From the NCBI GenBank assembly GCA_050084515.1, contig CM114271.1:25854001-25918000 (forward strand): DNA of 64,000 bases, in the 5' to 3' direction. The stretch is from Blasia pusilla. Lineage: Eukaryota. The first letter of the stretch is position 1. Each line of letters begins with the position of its first letter. The notes under the pieces are model-generated. The model searched no databases. It had not been told where the DNA came from and saw nothing but the letters and a program-made list of their open reading frames with translations. Of the stretch, positions 1 to 13,981 are shown one piece after another. The position numbers and the translations under genes were made by a program.

Positions 1-3000
1 TCAATTTGTTCCCTTGCCTCTCAAGTTCGAAGTTGATGCGAATGCCCAAGAGAGATTAATAGGATGTTATCTCATGAGGCAGCGTCCTAGGAAATTGGTT
101 GAGTTCAACTTCAGATGGTACGTTGCAACTGAGAGTCATAAAATTTGCTCGGATTGGTTGGCATTGTCATGAGTCCACGGACTAGTTTTCCCAATATCAG
201 GGATTAATTCAGGGGGAAAGGATTGAAGGAATTTTGATGATGATACAGGGAGTTAGTCTTGTAGAGCTCCTAATGTCTATGTTCACTTTTAAATGCAATC
301 ATGGACAGTTAAGGTTGTTGGTGTTGGTTACTATGGATAATTAACTGGTAACTCTAGTTCAGAGAAAATTGAACAGTAGTCTTTTAATGGTCTTCTTTTG
401 CAAAATCAGTATTATTGTTTCATGGAGTTGGAGGTCTCTTCTGTAGTTGTGCAAGCCAACTCTGTGTTATGGAAGTTAACTGCCATTCCTCATAATGATG
501 ATGGTAGCATATGAAAGATGTGGGCTATTCTCATGACCGTATCAAAAGATGGGGTCTTAATTCATGGTTATGTTTTCATTGCCAGATATCTTGTATGACT
601 CCTGGTCACCTGCAATGACAGTAAGCTCAATCTGCATCAGCATTCTTTCGATGTTGTCCAGTGCTACACAAAAGGTAATTTTGCCAAAGGTCACCCCTAA
701 TGTCCCTGTGTCTATTTACTCCTCGAATGTTGAAGATTTTTGGTAAAGAGAGGAAGAGAGTTGTAAGGAGAAATGAATCATTTTCACTTTTAAACAAAAA
801 GACGTCGTGGTCTAAATGTGTGAATTAGGCTTTCCATGCAGTGGTCTGACCTCTCCAATACAGTTGGTCAGTGTAGCTTATTGCAACCCACAGAAAACGT
901 CTTAGGTGGCCTTGGAAGAGTAGATGACTAGGCAACTTCTTCTTGGTGCATTCTCTTGTCAGACCCACCCAAAGGATAACTAACACTGCATCCCTGGAGA
1001 GGCCCTGTGCAGAGTGTGCTGGAAATATAGATAGATAGTTCAGGAACAGTAGTATTGTGTCTGTACTTCGCGGAAAAATTTAATACATTCTTCTAGTAGT
1101 CCCAGGCTGTGTGCTAGGCTGGGCACATGCGAAAGGAGAAAAGGCAGTGCCTAAGGCACGTGTTGGAAAGCCAATTTGGAGGACTAGGACATAACCCAGT
1201 ACTGCATGACACATCCTTACGAGTAATTAAGACGCACAACAATGTATAGTCAGCACGATTGTTGGTTCCACTGATCAGGGTGGAACTACCTAACGATTAT
1301 ACAGATCTTTAAAGAGAGTAGATTTAATCGCTTGCCATGTGCATTAGAGAGAGTGGGTTTGGCCAGTGCAGTTCATGCATTTGGCTTTTCACTGCAGGGA
1401 AAAGGCAATGAATTACTTAGTTTTGATACCGACTCAACAGATACACAAAGTATAAATGGAAAAACCATAATCCAAACAGTGAGTGGAAAGGCTAGTGGCA
1501 TGAGATCTAGTCATGCATATTACTCGATTTCATACTAGTTTTATGATACAGTTGTTTTGAAACTTATATGCAAATACCGGGTGATTGAAGTGGGAGGATT
1601 TTTCCTACATTGAGTTGCCATGAAGTTTATGAGTTTTGCTTAAAGGAAGGAGTTGCAACCTGTGTCACCTAATTAAAGTTCTTTGTTACAGGCAAGACCT
1701 CCAGACAATGACCGCTATGTAAGGAATTGCCGCAATGGCAGATCACCGAAGGAAACACGATGGTGGTTTCATGATGACAAAGTGTGATACACGAGCTAGA
1801 CCATTTAAGTGCTGGTCCTGTGGAGGAAGGTGGTAGGCTTTTCTTAAGGGAAGAGTGTTTAGTTTCTGAAAGCTTCTTCGCTGAAGCATTAGCTGCTACA
1901 TAAGCAAGGTGCTCGTTGATTGATTTGCTGGGTGTTTTGAGGTTTTCCCAGGTCAAACATGATATACCAGGCTTTTACCCGTATGTTTCTGAGAGAAATC
2001 ATGTCCAATCATGCACCTAATGGTTGGATACTGTATATGCGAGGAAGTTGCAAGTGCCCCTCATTACGTAGTGCACTGATTCCCAGGCACCAAGAGATGT
2101 TGCAATGATCTCTCTTCTTGTGGAGGGCTAGGTTTTGTCAGTGGAAGAGATATAAGTGCCGAAGGGTGTAGCTCTGATCTCAACAGCTATTGGAGGGATA
2201 TGTTCTGATTGAAGGCGTTTCTGATCAAATTCGCATAGGTTATCCACCCATGTTGAAGTATGTGAATTTGTCTGGGTTACACTGCCAAGTGGCAAACAGT
2301 GAATTGTATTTTAAAAAGTTGCCCTTGTGAAACCCATTTGATATTGACTCGGGGCAGGTTCTGCTGCAGTTCCAGGAAGGTGAACGCTTTCTTCTAAGCT
2401 CTGATCCTATGGAAAGTGTTTGTTTAGATTGCTGTGAGGTTTGGAGCTTCTCACTGCCTTGATCATTAAATGCGTGGCAGCTTCCGTCTAGTGCAGATAG
2501 GCCATCATATGAAAACCTTCTGAAAGCATTTCTTTAGATTTGCGAGAGCTGTCATGGAGTCCATCTTTGGACTGAGTAGGCAGAGTTTGAGTTCATTTGA
2601 AAGAGCAGGTGTGCTAAGACCTCTGCCCTAGATTTTTTCTCAGCTGATATTTGATGCTAGTAACTGTTGTCACTTAAGCAGGATTAAAGACTTGGGCAGG
2701 GGCATATGGGTGGTAGGAGTGGTGATTGCTCACCATGTTGCCTCCTTTTTGTTGGAAGACATTGTGTTTGTGGGTAGTATCAGAAATTGGATCACGATTT
2801 GAAGAAGGGAAGCATGTAAGGACAGGAGTACTTAAAGAGGGTCAGGTCAGTAAGTACATTTCAAGAGCTGTTGAGAGGATGCGTGGAATGAAAATATGGG
2901 TGCCCCTTTTTTAGGTTTCTTCAATGAATTCACTATTTCACAGATGAGGAAAGACCTCCACCCATGAACATAAAACTTGACTCTTCAGTTCAATGATTTC

Positions 3001-3700
3001 TCTTCTTTCTGCAGGAGTAGACCTGAGAGCTCCATGCCATCAAGGATCTCTCCATTCACAGGTTGAACAGTAACACAAATGAGGCCATGAAGACTCTTAT
3101 GGTGGGGCATGGGAAGATCAGAAGGTGTAGAATGGCACTATTTTTCACTTATGTCAAGAAGAAGTAATCATTTACAGATCATGGCTTCAGTGAAGCTCCC
3201 TCTTTTTCTTCTATTTTCTTTCTTTATCTTCGCATGTGAAATTTGAAGGTGAAAAAAAAACAATTTCACTCTCTGCGGATGTCTGTCATGAAATGCAGAA
3301 GTCGAGTATGGATACTGAAGAGGATCAATTAGCCGCTTGATGGTGTCTCTTTGGAGTGTTGATGTGGCTTAGGAATAGGTTGGAAAATATGTAGTTTCTT
3401 ACCTTGACACTCAGAGGGTGATAGTTCGGATTAAGTGGGTAAGATGTGAGGTATCATCTGGTTGTTACCTGTTCATTGCCATGACCTTGTAGAATCCACT
3501 GAGTGAATGATTCCATGAATGCTTCTTTTATGTTTTGATGATACCTGGTATGAAAGGATGTGTATGCGCACTGAAGTAGTGGGTTCACAGGTCCAGAGTT
3601 TTACTATTGGCGCTCCGTCCAATTTGAGTGTCTTATTTTATTTAGAAGTATCTTTCAAGTACGCCCTTCTCTTAAAGTAGAAGATGGACAAGAGGTTGAG
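1..3700 (-). mobile_element. Highly degenerate coding relic, probably the Helitron/TE N-terminal region (continues off the window start)
   Basis: Minus-strand frames are broken by many stops. There is weak resemblance to the N-terminal part of the Helitron at 51500-51930 (e.g. YHLKLN vs YHLELN), and an HCLF..CP..AW zinc-finger-like remnant near 1100-1170. No intact ORF. Confidence 0.3.
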
Positions 3701-5007
3701 ATTTGTTGGATGCAAGGATCATCCGCATGTTTTCAATTCTCCAGTATATTACTGTATGTGCTACAAAATATACCATCCGGATGTGTTCAAACGTGTTAAT
3801 CTTTAGTTATAGTTCTTTGATGGTTGAAAAACTTATGGAACTCTCCCAAGTGTTTCAAATAAAGTTCGGATTAAAATTATATTTTGATATTGTCTCTTCT
3901 AGTTGCTTGTTGCTAACTGTTAAAATAAAATCTTGTTGCTAACTGTCAAAATAAAATCAATGTAGATGATTACGTGAATCAAAACTATGTGTAGATCGAA
4001 TTACTCAAACATTGTAAGTTCCCAAGCATCTCTCCGTTTAGAGATGTTCCATATATATCTTGTATAATGAGAAATTTATGATTGGGGGAATATATGAAAA
4101 TTAAAAGTGTATGACCTATTTGTCATACAAAAGGGATTGTTATGTTTGCCTCGAGGCCGAGGCGGCCTCCGAACCCCCCTCCCCGCATGCATGACCTATT
4201 TGTCGAATAGGTCATGCAAAAGGGATTGTTTCACGCATCGGGAGCCTAGCAACCCACTAATTCATATAATAGAGATGGAAGGTAATTGGAATTTTCATAA
4301 GAGAAAAGGTTAATATACATGGAAGAAGAAGATTATGGGAGTAGTGATTTTGAAATGAAGACACTGGAAAGATCACATAATGTGCGATGTGTGGTAGGGT
4401 TTAGGGTAGGGTGGGGGGTTGCAATCAGGTTGAGTAACCAAGCGTTTAGGGTTACATCATCGTGCATTGTATGGTCCTAGCTAGAGTAGTGTATTGAAGA
4501 GTTTAAGGTAGGGTCCGAGGAGTTTTTTACGAGAGGGGGTGAATTTTTGGCAGTAGGTTGAATAAATCGGTAATTAAAATTTTTAACCGGTTTCAAAAGG
4601 TAATATTTGAAACTCCGGGAAATTTCTGGGTTTTTAAAGTGTTCAAAAATTTTCCGAAATTTTATTTTTCTCCGCAGTTCATTTATGATATCCGGTTCAA
4701 TTGATATCCGGTATTTGAAAAACTAACCGGAAAATTTTTTCCACGTATCTTTTGGACTTAAGCCTCTTTTCATTTCTTCTCCACTTCTAGAGTCTTGGAC
4801 CTCAATTTTATTGCAAACATTCACTTCAAAGTTCACACTTTCTTTTAGTGCATCATCCTTGACAGGAATTGAACCTGGCTAGGCCTCCCACCAGCTGGGA
4901 GCCAAGGATTTTACCCCTCTATAATACATTGAAGCTTTTTAGTAAAAGCTTCAATGTTTTAGAAAAGGGACCCCCTTATCCCTACCACTAAGCTTTTCCC
5001 CCTCATC

Positions 5008-7263
5008 TTACACATCCACAACAACTTCATTTGGGTCTAAGGCATTTAAATTTACCCGAACTTCTGGTGGAATTTCTATCTCAGGAATATATCTCTCGGG
5101 ATTGGCATACACATACCTAAAGTGTGCTGAATTCTTCCAAATAATTACAGATTCAATCAACAAAGCTTCATAATCATCTATTTTCCCCTCCAAGGCAATC
5201 CTAAGAACAACATCCAAATGCTTTGCCATTAACCTATTCCTACTTTTAGTCTTAATCACATTCTGCACAGAGAAAGCTCTCTCACAAATAGCAGTAGTAA
5301 CACAATGTACCCTAGCAATATTGGCTAAAATGAGCAAGTTAGAGAACTTACATTGCAAGGACGGGCTCCAACTTACCATAGCCCACAAGTCCTTGAAATT
5401 CCGATCTTTCCACTCCGTGGTGGCCATGAGCTTAAATGATTGAAACTCTTGTTTCACAGCTCCTACACTTAGTAAAGAAGGTTGCAAGTGACCTTTGAAG
5501 GGTAAGTCCGTCCCAAAATGTGCACAGAGGTCATCCAATTCCTTACAACCCCAACTATTTAGTCCCACTTGCCTTGAAGGCATGTGTAGAGGATTTGTTA
5601 TCCTCATAGCAGTAATCAAGTTGTTATCCCTAAACCGATCTCGTAAAGCTACACAAACACTCTCAGAAAAATTCTTCTGAAACAACAAGGCAGCCTCTAG
5701 ATCCTTTCATGTCCGATTCCTCAACATTTCTATGTTGTTGAACTTTCTGCCCCTAATCTCAGATTGTAAACGTTTCAAATAACCCTCTGAAGGACCAAAG
5801 TCTGGTAGAATGTGATAACCACTTTCTTCAGAGAAAGTGGAGGCATTCAGATTAGGGTTCTCCATTACAAAATTCATTGTTATGGAAGCTATTTCAGAAG
5901 TCACTATACTACCTATGGTACTAACATCTACAAACTTATATTGGAACACCTTACTCAAGTTAGCAAGAAGAAACAAAATATCTGCCAAAAAGTACAGCTG
6001 ATAGATCATCTGAAATGATCTGAGTTTGTTATACAAATTTGCAGCATTACCATCATCTTCCGAGGGCGAGATATCTCTGAAATATGCAAGGACAGATTCC
6101 AATGAGTCACATAAAGTAGTAACAGCCTGCCAACGTGACAACCAGCGAATCTTGTGGTACCTCTTCATCACTTTCTGAGAATCGTTCAACTTCTCTTGCA
6201 AAGTTGCAAGACCACACTTCCTCTTGGACGACCTTCTAAAATATCCAGCTACTGCATTCAAGATTGAATCTACTTCTATAGATATTTCCTTACACCCTAC
6301 ACCTTTTGCTGCTGTTAAAGCAGCGAGATTCGTCCTGTGCGCCACACAATGCATAGACAACATATAAGGATTTATCTTATGTTTCAGATGAGATGCTACT
6401 CCGTTTTGGCTTGCTACCATAGTAGAAGTTCCATCAGATCCAGAGGCAACCATTTTTGATCCCTCAAGTCCCGAATCCTTCATCAACTCTAACAAATTGT
6501 TAGTGATTGCGTTCGAACATTTCTCTGGACATTGGAGCAATGCTATAAAACAAATCTCTACTTGCCCCTCATCTAAGTAAGTTGCAAATACAACAAGGTG
6601 TCCAGTGACAGATATATCTGTGGACTCGTCAATCATTATCCCAAAGAAAGGAGATTGTTGCACTTTAGAAAGGTTCCTCCTGAGAAGAACCTGGCTAATA
6701 TAAAAACACATATCAGCACAACTTTTTTCATCTTGGTACAAGTCGCGGGTTATAGGTGCATTCACAGAAATCAATAACTTATACATATTTGAGAACTTTG
6801 AAAATGGCAAGGCTTCCTTTGCAACGAAATATGCACATTTGAAGAGAGTCAAAAGTGCAATATCACAAGTCCGATTTGTAGTGGCTATAGCCTTGGCCAT
6901 GGATCTGTTCCCCACATTCGCAGCCCATGCAAGCTTCATGTGCTCATTCGACTTACCATGATCCGTGAAGGCCGAAATCTTACAGTTAATGGCACCATCT
7001 CTGGCAAAGGAGCTTTTCCCCTTACCCTGTCTACAGACTTTGCAAAAAATCCGACCAGATTCTACATGGAATTCTATCCAATCGAACAAAGTATACCAAA
7101 CATCCTTCCAAGCCAATCTGTTTTTCTCACTCTGACTTGTCGGAGTATTTGATTTGTCCCCTTCTTTCCCATCCGATGATCCTGACCTACTGTTCTCCTC
7201 TGCAAAGTCTTGTCTAACTTCCTTGTGTAGCATCTCATTCATTGTTCGCTGTCTCTTAGCCAT
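5008..7263 (-). pseudogene. hAT-superfamily transposase (ZNF862/DUF4371 type with C-terminal hAT dimerisation domain), one in-frame stop
   Basis: ORFs 5707-7263 and 5008-5688 are in the same frame, separated by one TGA (RNRT*KDLEAALLFQ). Motifs: TTF-like Zn finger (W..W..FCKVC...H...H), IDESTDIS, SDG, HCVAHR, RWLSR, CERAFS. Confidence 0.92.
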
Positions 7264-7929
7264 GTAGAGGCTCAGAGAGTGTAGAACAGAGAGTGTAGAA
7301 CTATGAGGTAGATACTAAAATATGGTGTAAAGGACCTACTATAAACATGTCACTTAGTAGGTGCTAAAGAAACAAAGGAGCTCAAGAAAATGCGGATCTA
7401 AAAGGTACTTAAACCCCAAGACTCCGCAAAAGATACTATGAGCCAATGCAATGTGTTATCATACACACATGATTCCCTAAGGTCCCTAATCGCGGCTCGG
7501 ATTCATGTACATTCAGTGAAGTCCCTTCTTCTCACTCAGCCTGTCAAAGCCAGCTGAGTGAGAAGAAGGGAATCGAGCAGAGTGTTCAGAAAGGAGATTG
7601 GCATGAGAGGTGCGGACCACTGTCGGCACTGCTGAGGCCATGAGCTGATCTCCGCCCTCGCCGAAGACACCCACACACAGACACAGCAAACAAGCAAACG
7701 AAACTACTCGACTCGAATGTGGTGGAGTACCAGCAGTGAAGGAGGTTGCGCTCACGGACACCCCACTGCTACGACTTTACTGACACCTACCGACTCAGTC
7801 TAAACAAGAGATGCTGCAGCGGCTGCCTGCAGAAGGTGCAGCGAGAGGGGAGTGGAAACAAAACGAAACTCTCGTCGAGAAGCCCTCTCTACAAGAAGCG
7901 CAGGCCGTAACTCAGAAACTTACGCCCAT

Positions 7930-8900
7930 AGCTGCACACCTGAACACACAATCGGACGGAGTGCGCACAGGATGGGATGGGATGGGAAGGCAATTGAAAG
8001 CAGCGCAGAAGGCGGAGCGCAGAATTAAACCTCGCCGAGCTAGCCAGCTAGCCGAGACGACTGCTCGAGAGAACCTGAAGAGAAGAGAGCCCAGTGAAAG
8101 GTAAACTACACGACGAAGCAAAATCCTGAGCTGCACACTTGAACACACAATCGGACGGAGTGCGCACAGGATGGGATGGGATGGGAAGGAAATTGCGAAA
8201 GCAGCGCAGAAGGCGGAGCGGAGATTTAAACCTCGAGAGAACCTGAAGAGAAGAGAGCGAGCGCTCTCTCTCTCTCGCTCGCTCGCTTCTTGTTCCCGCA
8301 ACTGCCCCGCGCTTAAGCAGCCCGACTTTCAAGTTTCAACTTAACTGCCGATCAAACACCTAGCTCGCAGCCTCGCACCGAACCCAATGAAGAGAACCTG
8401 AAGAGAAGAGAGTGAGCGCTCTCTCTCTCTCTCTCGCTCGCTTCTTGTTCCCGCAGCTGCCCCGCACCGAACCCAATCAAGTCTGCAACCGAAAGCGCGA
8501 AGCAGAAACCAGAAAGTGCGAAGCAGCAACCAGAAAGCGCGAAGCCTAGCTCGCAGCCTCGCAGCCTCGCAGTGCTCGCACCGAAGTGACCGAACCCAAT
8601 CAAGTCTGCAACCAGAAAGCGCGAAGCAGAAACCAGAAGGTGCGAAGCAGCAACCAGAAAGCGCGAAGCCTAGCTCGCAGCCTCGCAGTGCTCGCACCGA
8701 AGTGACCGAACCCAATCAAGTCTGCAACCAGAAAGCGCGAAGCAGCAACCAGAAAGCGCGAAGCCTAGCTCGCAGTCTCGCAGTGCTTGCACCGAAGTGA
8801 CCGAACCCAATCAAGTCTGCAACCACAAAGCGCGAAGCAAAAACCACAAAGCGCGAAGCAGCGACCAGAAAGCAGCAACCAGAAAGCGCGAAGCCTAGCT
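7930..8900. repeat. Nested tandem repeat array in the hAT 5' region (~200-bp duplication, then ~100-120-bp units built from ~20-bp AACCAGAAAGCGCGAAGCAG subunits)
   Basis: GCTGCACAC..GAACACACAATCGGACGGAGTGCGCACAGGATGGGATGG at ~7931 and ~8130; GAACCCAATCAAGTCTGCAACC at ~8469, 8592, 8708 and 8803. Confidence 0.9.
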
Positions 8901-9223
8901 CGGGAGGACGCGAAGCAACAAACGACGACGGGTTAGCCTAAAGCATCGAGGCTCCGAGCTCGCAGCGACGCGAAGGAAGTTCAAGGAACAACGAGAGAGC
9001 GAGGGAGAAACTCAGAAGCACAGGGAGGCATCGAAATGCCAGCCCCGCCACTCTACCCCCTCGACCCCCTCGGAGTCTCGTGACTCTCCAGGCCCGAGTC
9101 GGGCGGCCCGACTCGCCCGACTCTCGACTCCCGACGTGGCGGCTAGCCCTAAGATGGAGGGGCTGGATTAAATCTATAATTTCTAGTTTTCCGGCAGCCG
9201 GAAACTGATGCGGCAGCAAACCG

Positions 9224-9479
9224 GAATCTGCGTTTTGGCTGACAACTAGAATCCGGATGGAATGCCGTCGGAACAGCGTATTTCCGTCAACTATTCCCTC
9301 GGATTCAGTCGAAAACCGGCCTATCCCTTTCCGTCCAGCAAATTTCCGGGATACCTCCAGCCACTGTCAGAATTGCGTCCGAATCTGCGTTTTGGCTGAC
9401 AACTAGAATCCGGATGGAATGCCGTCGGAACGGCGTATTTCCGTCAACTATTCCCTCGGATTCAGTTCGAAAACGGCCT
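9224..9479. repeat. ~98-bp direct repeat, two near-identical copies, period 157
   Basis: GAATCTGCGTTTTGGCTGACAACTAGAATCCGGATGGAATGCCGTCGGAAC...GGCCT at 9224 and 9381. Confidence 0.9.
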
Positions 9480-12194
9480 GGAATTTTTTGATTTCTCCCG
9501 GCTAGGAATTTTTTGAGTTCTGGCCGTTCATTGGTTTAAGGACAACATTTGATGCATAGCCAGAATAGGATATTGAAGAGTTTAAGGCCAATACGCTTAC
9601 TGCCCAGATTACAGGTGTCGGTCAGTTCAACAACCAGGAATTCTGAAGAACTAGGAGGCTCCACGGATTTGGTTCCCGTCGTGTGAGCATTGGTGAACGT
9701 CGTTGATTTTCCAATCTTTATACCTACTTCAGGATAGGCTTGAGCTCACTGCCTGGAACTTGTCTTCAGCTGTGCCACTGAAGAGAGGAACGATGCGTGT
9801 GATGAAATTCTAATCCCAACCGACAGTCCCCGGTTCAGCCACAGTTGATGAATTTGCTACCGTCAGTCACCGTTTCCAATTCCAGATCAAAGAATTGTTT
9901 CTTTTCGGTACTCATAAAATGTTGGTCATTTCGTTTCAAGATCGTCGCCCCTCGTGGCTGTGAGTCTGTGACAAAGAGAGCTTCCAGTGGATGTAAATGT
10001 TTTTGACCTTTTCTGCATCGTCTTCCAGAACTCCACCGGCAACATGAGCTACAATTGTCGATCAGGATAAAATCTAAAATGATTTTCAGAGGAAAAGGCA
10101 GGTGGTGCATGAAACTAGAAAGAAGTTTCAACCGCGATAGGCCAAGGCTATGAAAACTCTTACCGATCAGTAAACCTTCGCTCTAGTTCTAGAAAGAGGA
10201 TGGGGAATGACGCTAAACTGAGTTGATCTAGCACCTTTGTTAGCAATCAGCATTGAATCGGAAGCACACAGTAATTTCAACAGAACATCTACAGGGAGAG
10301 TGCTGCGACCGGAAATTATCCGGTCCTCATGTGCGATTACAGATTTTTATCCACACCCTACTCTTACTCTTACTCCTCTAGTAGTAGTAGCTCCTCCGCC
10401 AATAGTAGCAACTGCTCCACTCCCTCCCTCCCTCCCTCTAGTAGAGACCTACATTTGTCTACCCTCAACAAAATTTGAATGCGCCTGCAAGCCGTCACAG
10501 AACAGGTGTCTTACATTAAGCCTTCCTCCCATACAGAATCAGATCACAAAATCAAATAAAATGACATCCAGCAGCGAAAACAGGTCCATACCATATTTTT
10601 AGGTCCCTTAGCGAAAACACTTCCCTCCCATAATCTAAGATCCCTTACGGTCATAAAGCCAAAATAGGTCCCTTATTTTTAGAGTCCTTTAGAGCGAACT
10701 AATTTTATTGTAGGCTTCGTTTCTTATAGAGTGCACTTTTCTTTTATTTTCTTTCGAAACATACCCCCTCCCATGTTTCGTTAATAGTATACGTATCGAT
10801 TTTGATAACATTTTCATCCTAGTTTGCATGGAAAAATCTACGGTAAATCCAACATTGATATATTGATCTAGTCGCTTCTATGATATAGATGTACATTCTT
10901 AAATCAAAAACCTAAGTATTTCAGATTCATCATGTTTCATAGAATCTGGTTTTAATTTGGACGTGCATTCTTAAATTTTCGTTAGATGAGGGAGGTGAAT
11001 TTATCTTTGGCAAGTTTAGCTAGTAGAAAAAAATTATGTTCCATCGCTCATGCCAAAAAAAAACTCGAATTATGATTTGATTGTTATATTTTTTTCTCTC
11101 CAAACGATTCCTTAGGCCTAAGTAGTCATATAAATTTACCCAAGTCATGAGAAAAAAAAAGGTCGTTACTAGTCATCATTTATCAAGTAATTATGATGAT
11201 AAATATTGAAAATAATTTGTAAATAATTAAGAAAAAAAATTACTATCATAACGAAAAAAATGATTTAGGCTTGATCGTTCATATGAAGTTCCTTTGAAGT
11301 AAAGTTAAAAAAATTATCATTACATCTATGTTTTTTTTTTCTTTCAATTAAACTCATAATATTGATGAAGGTTAATGTGTATTTATTTTCAAAAACTCGA
11401 GATCTATGGATTCTCTATAACTATTGGTTAGCTTTAAGAGACTCAATCTAAGAGTCTAATATTTTGTAAAATTAATGATTTTTTTATTATCTAAAATATT
11501 ATGATATTCAAATAAATGCTCTAACATACTAAAATAAAATAAAAAATCCAAAATTTTATTTTATCTTACTTTGAATATTGAATTCGAATTCCTTCAAAAA
11601 TGAATAAAAATATATACTCATAGTCTATCCATAGATAGATTCTCACATATTTCAAAGTTATTATGGATAGATTCCAATTGAGAATAAAGATTTTTCAACC
11701 AAAACCATGATAGTTAAACTCACAATACTATCATAGTTTTAGACGTATTTATTTTCAAAAGATTTTAGATCCTTGTATTTTTTCAACCATTGGTTAGCTT
11801 TCAAACTTTATTACCCATGTAAAATCGCACTAATAATGACCTATGTGGTCAAATAGACTCTTGAAAGTACACATGATCGTCAAGCCACATCCGTCCCCAC
11901 TCTCCACCAAAAGGGAATCTAGACTCTAACACTCGTCTTCATCTTGAAACCTAAAAGAGAAGGTGTTGCAAAGGATAAATATGAGAAAGATGGCTCTTGA
12001 AAGATATCTACTGTCCTCATACAAAATTGGGAAGAACCAAAAGATCCTTTCCCCCCGAAATATAGTTGTAATCGGTAACCTCTATACAAAAGTTATTGGT
12101 TGACCATTGAGTAGGTCAACATATCATATGGCCCAAAATACATAAACATGGAGTTCATTGCAAACATTGATCCTAATATAGTGGAGTTGTAACT

Positions 12195-13300
12195 TGTCGC
12201 GACCCTCATAGCCAAACGAGCGCCAAGCGGAACATCCAAACTCTAGCAAGCTCACGCTAGGTTGGTTTGCGCTTTGGAGTAAGAGAAACATAAGTGCGGG
12301 ACGTAAATGCGGCGAGGGTTTGAAGTGTTTCATGCGTTTATGGTCACAACTAAGAAACCGGAACCAAATGCGGAACCCAGACTTAAGCGAAGTCGAGTCT
12401 CGGAAGGAGACATGGCGAAGGGGTGAGAAGTGGACTTGGGACGCGGCTAGCGTTTGGAGTTTCCGACTGTAATTTTAACCATAACTTTTAGTCCCGAGAT
12501 GGCTTTGGGACAAGTAAGGTAGCCCTAGAAATCTTATGTGGAGCCAGTTCTAACGTACTAAAGATCTTGGCAAACGCTTGAGCAGAAGTTGAGATATGAG
12601 TCAAAATTGACTGTAGAGGGAGTCGGGTTGAGGGCCAAAAAGAGGGGCCCGGGTGCTCTTTCCCAAAGGTAAGGGGACCCCGGAGATCCCTAGAAGTACT
12701 AGTAAGGGGGAAGGTCTCCAAGAGTGCTTGGGACTTGAACCCCACTTTGGGTGCCGTGGGGGGACTCAAGGGTACGGAACGGATTGGGAGTTTGGCGTTG
12801 GTAATCGAAACCTGAACCAAGTCCAATAGAGTGGATTTCGGAGGTCCCTATTGGATTCCCACTCACGACTCATGTTGTTGAGTCTCGGTTGGGGACTCAC
12901 ACGAGGTCCGTTGGATAGTTTGGACTGTTAGGCGCGCAAACATTGTTTTAGGTGCCTAGACTAACCAGAAAGTTTATCCCAAGTCTCGAAAGACTTTCCT
13001 GTGTTGGGAACCTAGGAAAGAGGGAAGGGTGAACTTGATGAGTGCCGAGTTGAGGATTTGGTGGGTTGGAAGGCTGCTTGACCCACACCCAGACTATCGT
13101 GAGTGCGTTTGGGTGCAGGTTGGCGATGAGAGCGTGTCCTGTTGAATGTGCGCTTCCGTAATATTGAGATTGACGTTCGAGGTGAGTAGCCTCATCTGAT
13201 CACGTACGATAGAGTTAGAGCTGAAAATTCTGCTAACTCCCTAGATCAACCTAGATCGTCGACATGGTAGATCCCTAATCATCGACCAACTATGATGGGG
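12195..13300 (+). mobile_element. LTR-like fragment (possible solo or truncated LTR)
   Basis: Begins TGTCGCGACCC; non-coding and GC-richer than its flanks; internal GAGGTGAGT motif as in many gypsy LTRs. 3' end and TSD not resolved. Confidence 0.35.
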
Positions 13301-13849
13301 CGTCATGCTTCCATGAGTTAGGAGCATATGCCTGTTTTGGTTTGATAATTACCATAACATGAAGATATGGCTATTGCAAGAATAATGCTTAGAGTCAGCC
13401 TTAAATATAAACCTTGTAACATGTTTTGCACTTCCTATCACTCTTATTCTTGGCCGTGACTTACAATATTTTTGGTGAAAACATTAACTGTCGTAAGTGT
13501 TACTAAGTCCCTTTTCTAACATGACGTTATGATTGTAGTGGTAATCGGGCTTCGAGTCACCCTATTATCCAACCATCATCACAACCAAAGCTTTGAGCAT
13601 GTTGCCACAACCATAGAGGTTGACACCAAGTGTCAACTAGAGTAGTGTTGCCATTTAAAAGGTAATCCTCCATTAATAGTATAGGGGTTTTTGAGAACCC
13701 TATCCTAATGGGGTCTTACTTAGCCCTAAATACCACTACTCTATCAACGCTTACACCTCCTTTCAAAGTTGAGATTTAAGTTGTAAATTCCATCCACCAT
13801 ATCTTCTATATTATTATTGGAAAGTGCCTTTTTGATTTGCAAACACATG

Positions 13850-13981
13850 TCTGTTTGACACGTGGCAAATAGATAGGAAGAAATGTTTCTCATACTATGG
13901 GCAGCAAGAAAGAAATTTTGAATGTGTGCAGCATTGGTTAGTCCTTTCACTTTCGTGCATGGCAACGGGTTGTACCCTAAT
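13850..13981 (+). mobile_element. 3' end of a non-autonomous Helitron-like repeat; related copy at ~40620-40790
   Basis: GACACGTGGCAA..GAAATGTTTC.CAT..TATGGGCAG...AAATTTTGA..TGTGTG is shared with 40621-40710. Ends with the hairpin CGTGCATGGCAACGGG followed by CTAA|T, a degenerate CTAG. Confidence 0.5.

Larger units (their letters stand above)
4760..9151 (-). mobile_element. hAT DNA transposon, apparently truncated at its 3' (left) end
   Basis: Contains the transposase plus a long repetitive 5' subterminal region. A candidate terminus TAGGGCTAGCC (reverse complement of 9141-9151) is preceded by clustered CGACTC/GAGTC motifs. No matching left TIR or 8-bp TSD found; the left boundary is approximate. 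Confidence 0.6.

Noticed and set aside
4855-4927. tRNA-like B box (GGTTCAATTCC, minus strand); a similar one near 26067
   Set aside because: No cloverleaf or acceptor stem can be built; at most a decayed SINE head.
7811-8800. Repetitive overlapping ORFs and a CRISPR-like look of the repeat array
   Set aside because: Artefacts of tandem repeats; there are no unique spacers or cas genes, and the context is eukaryotic.
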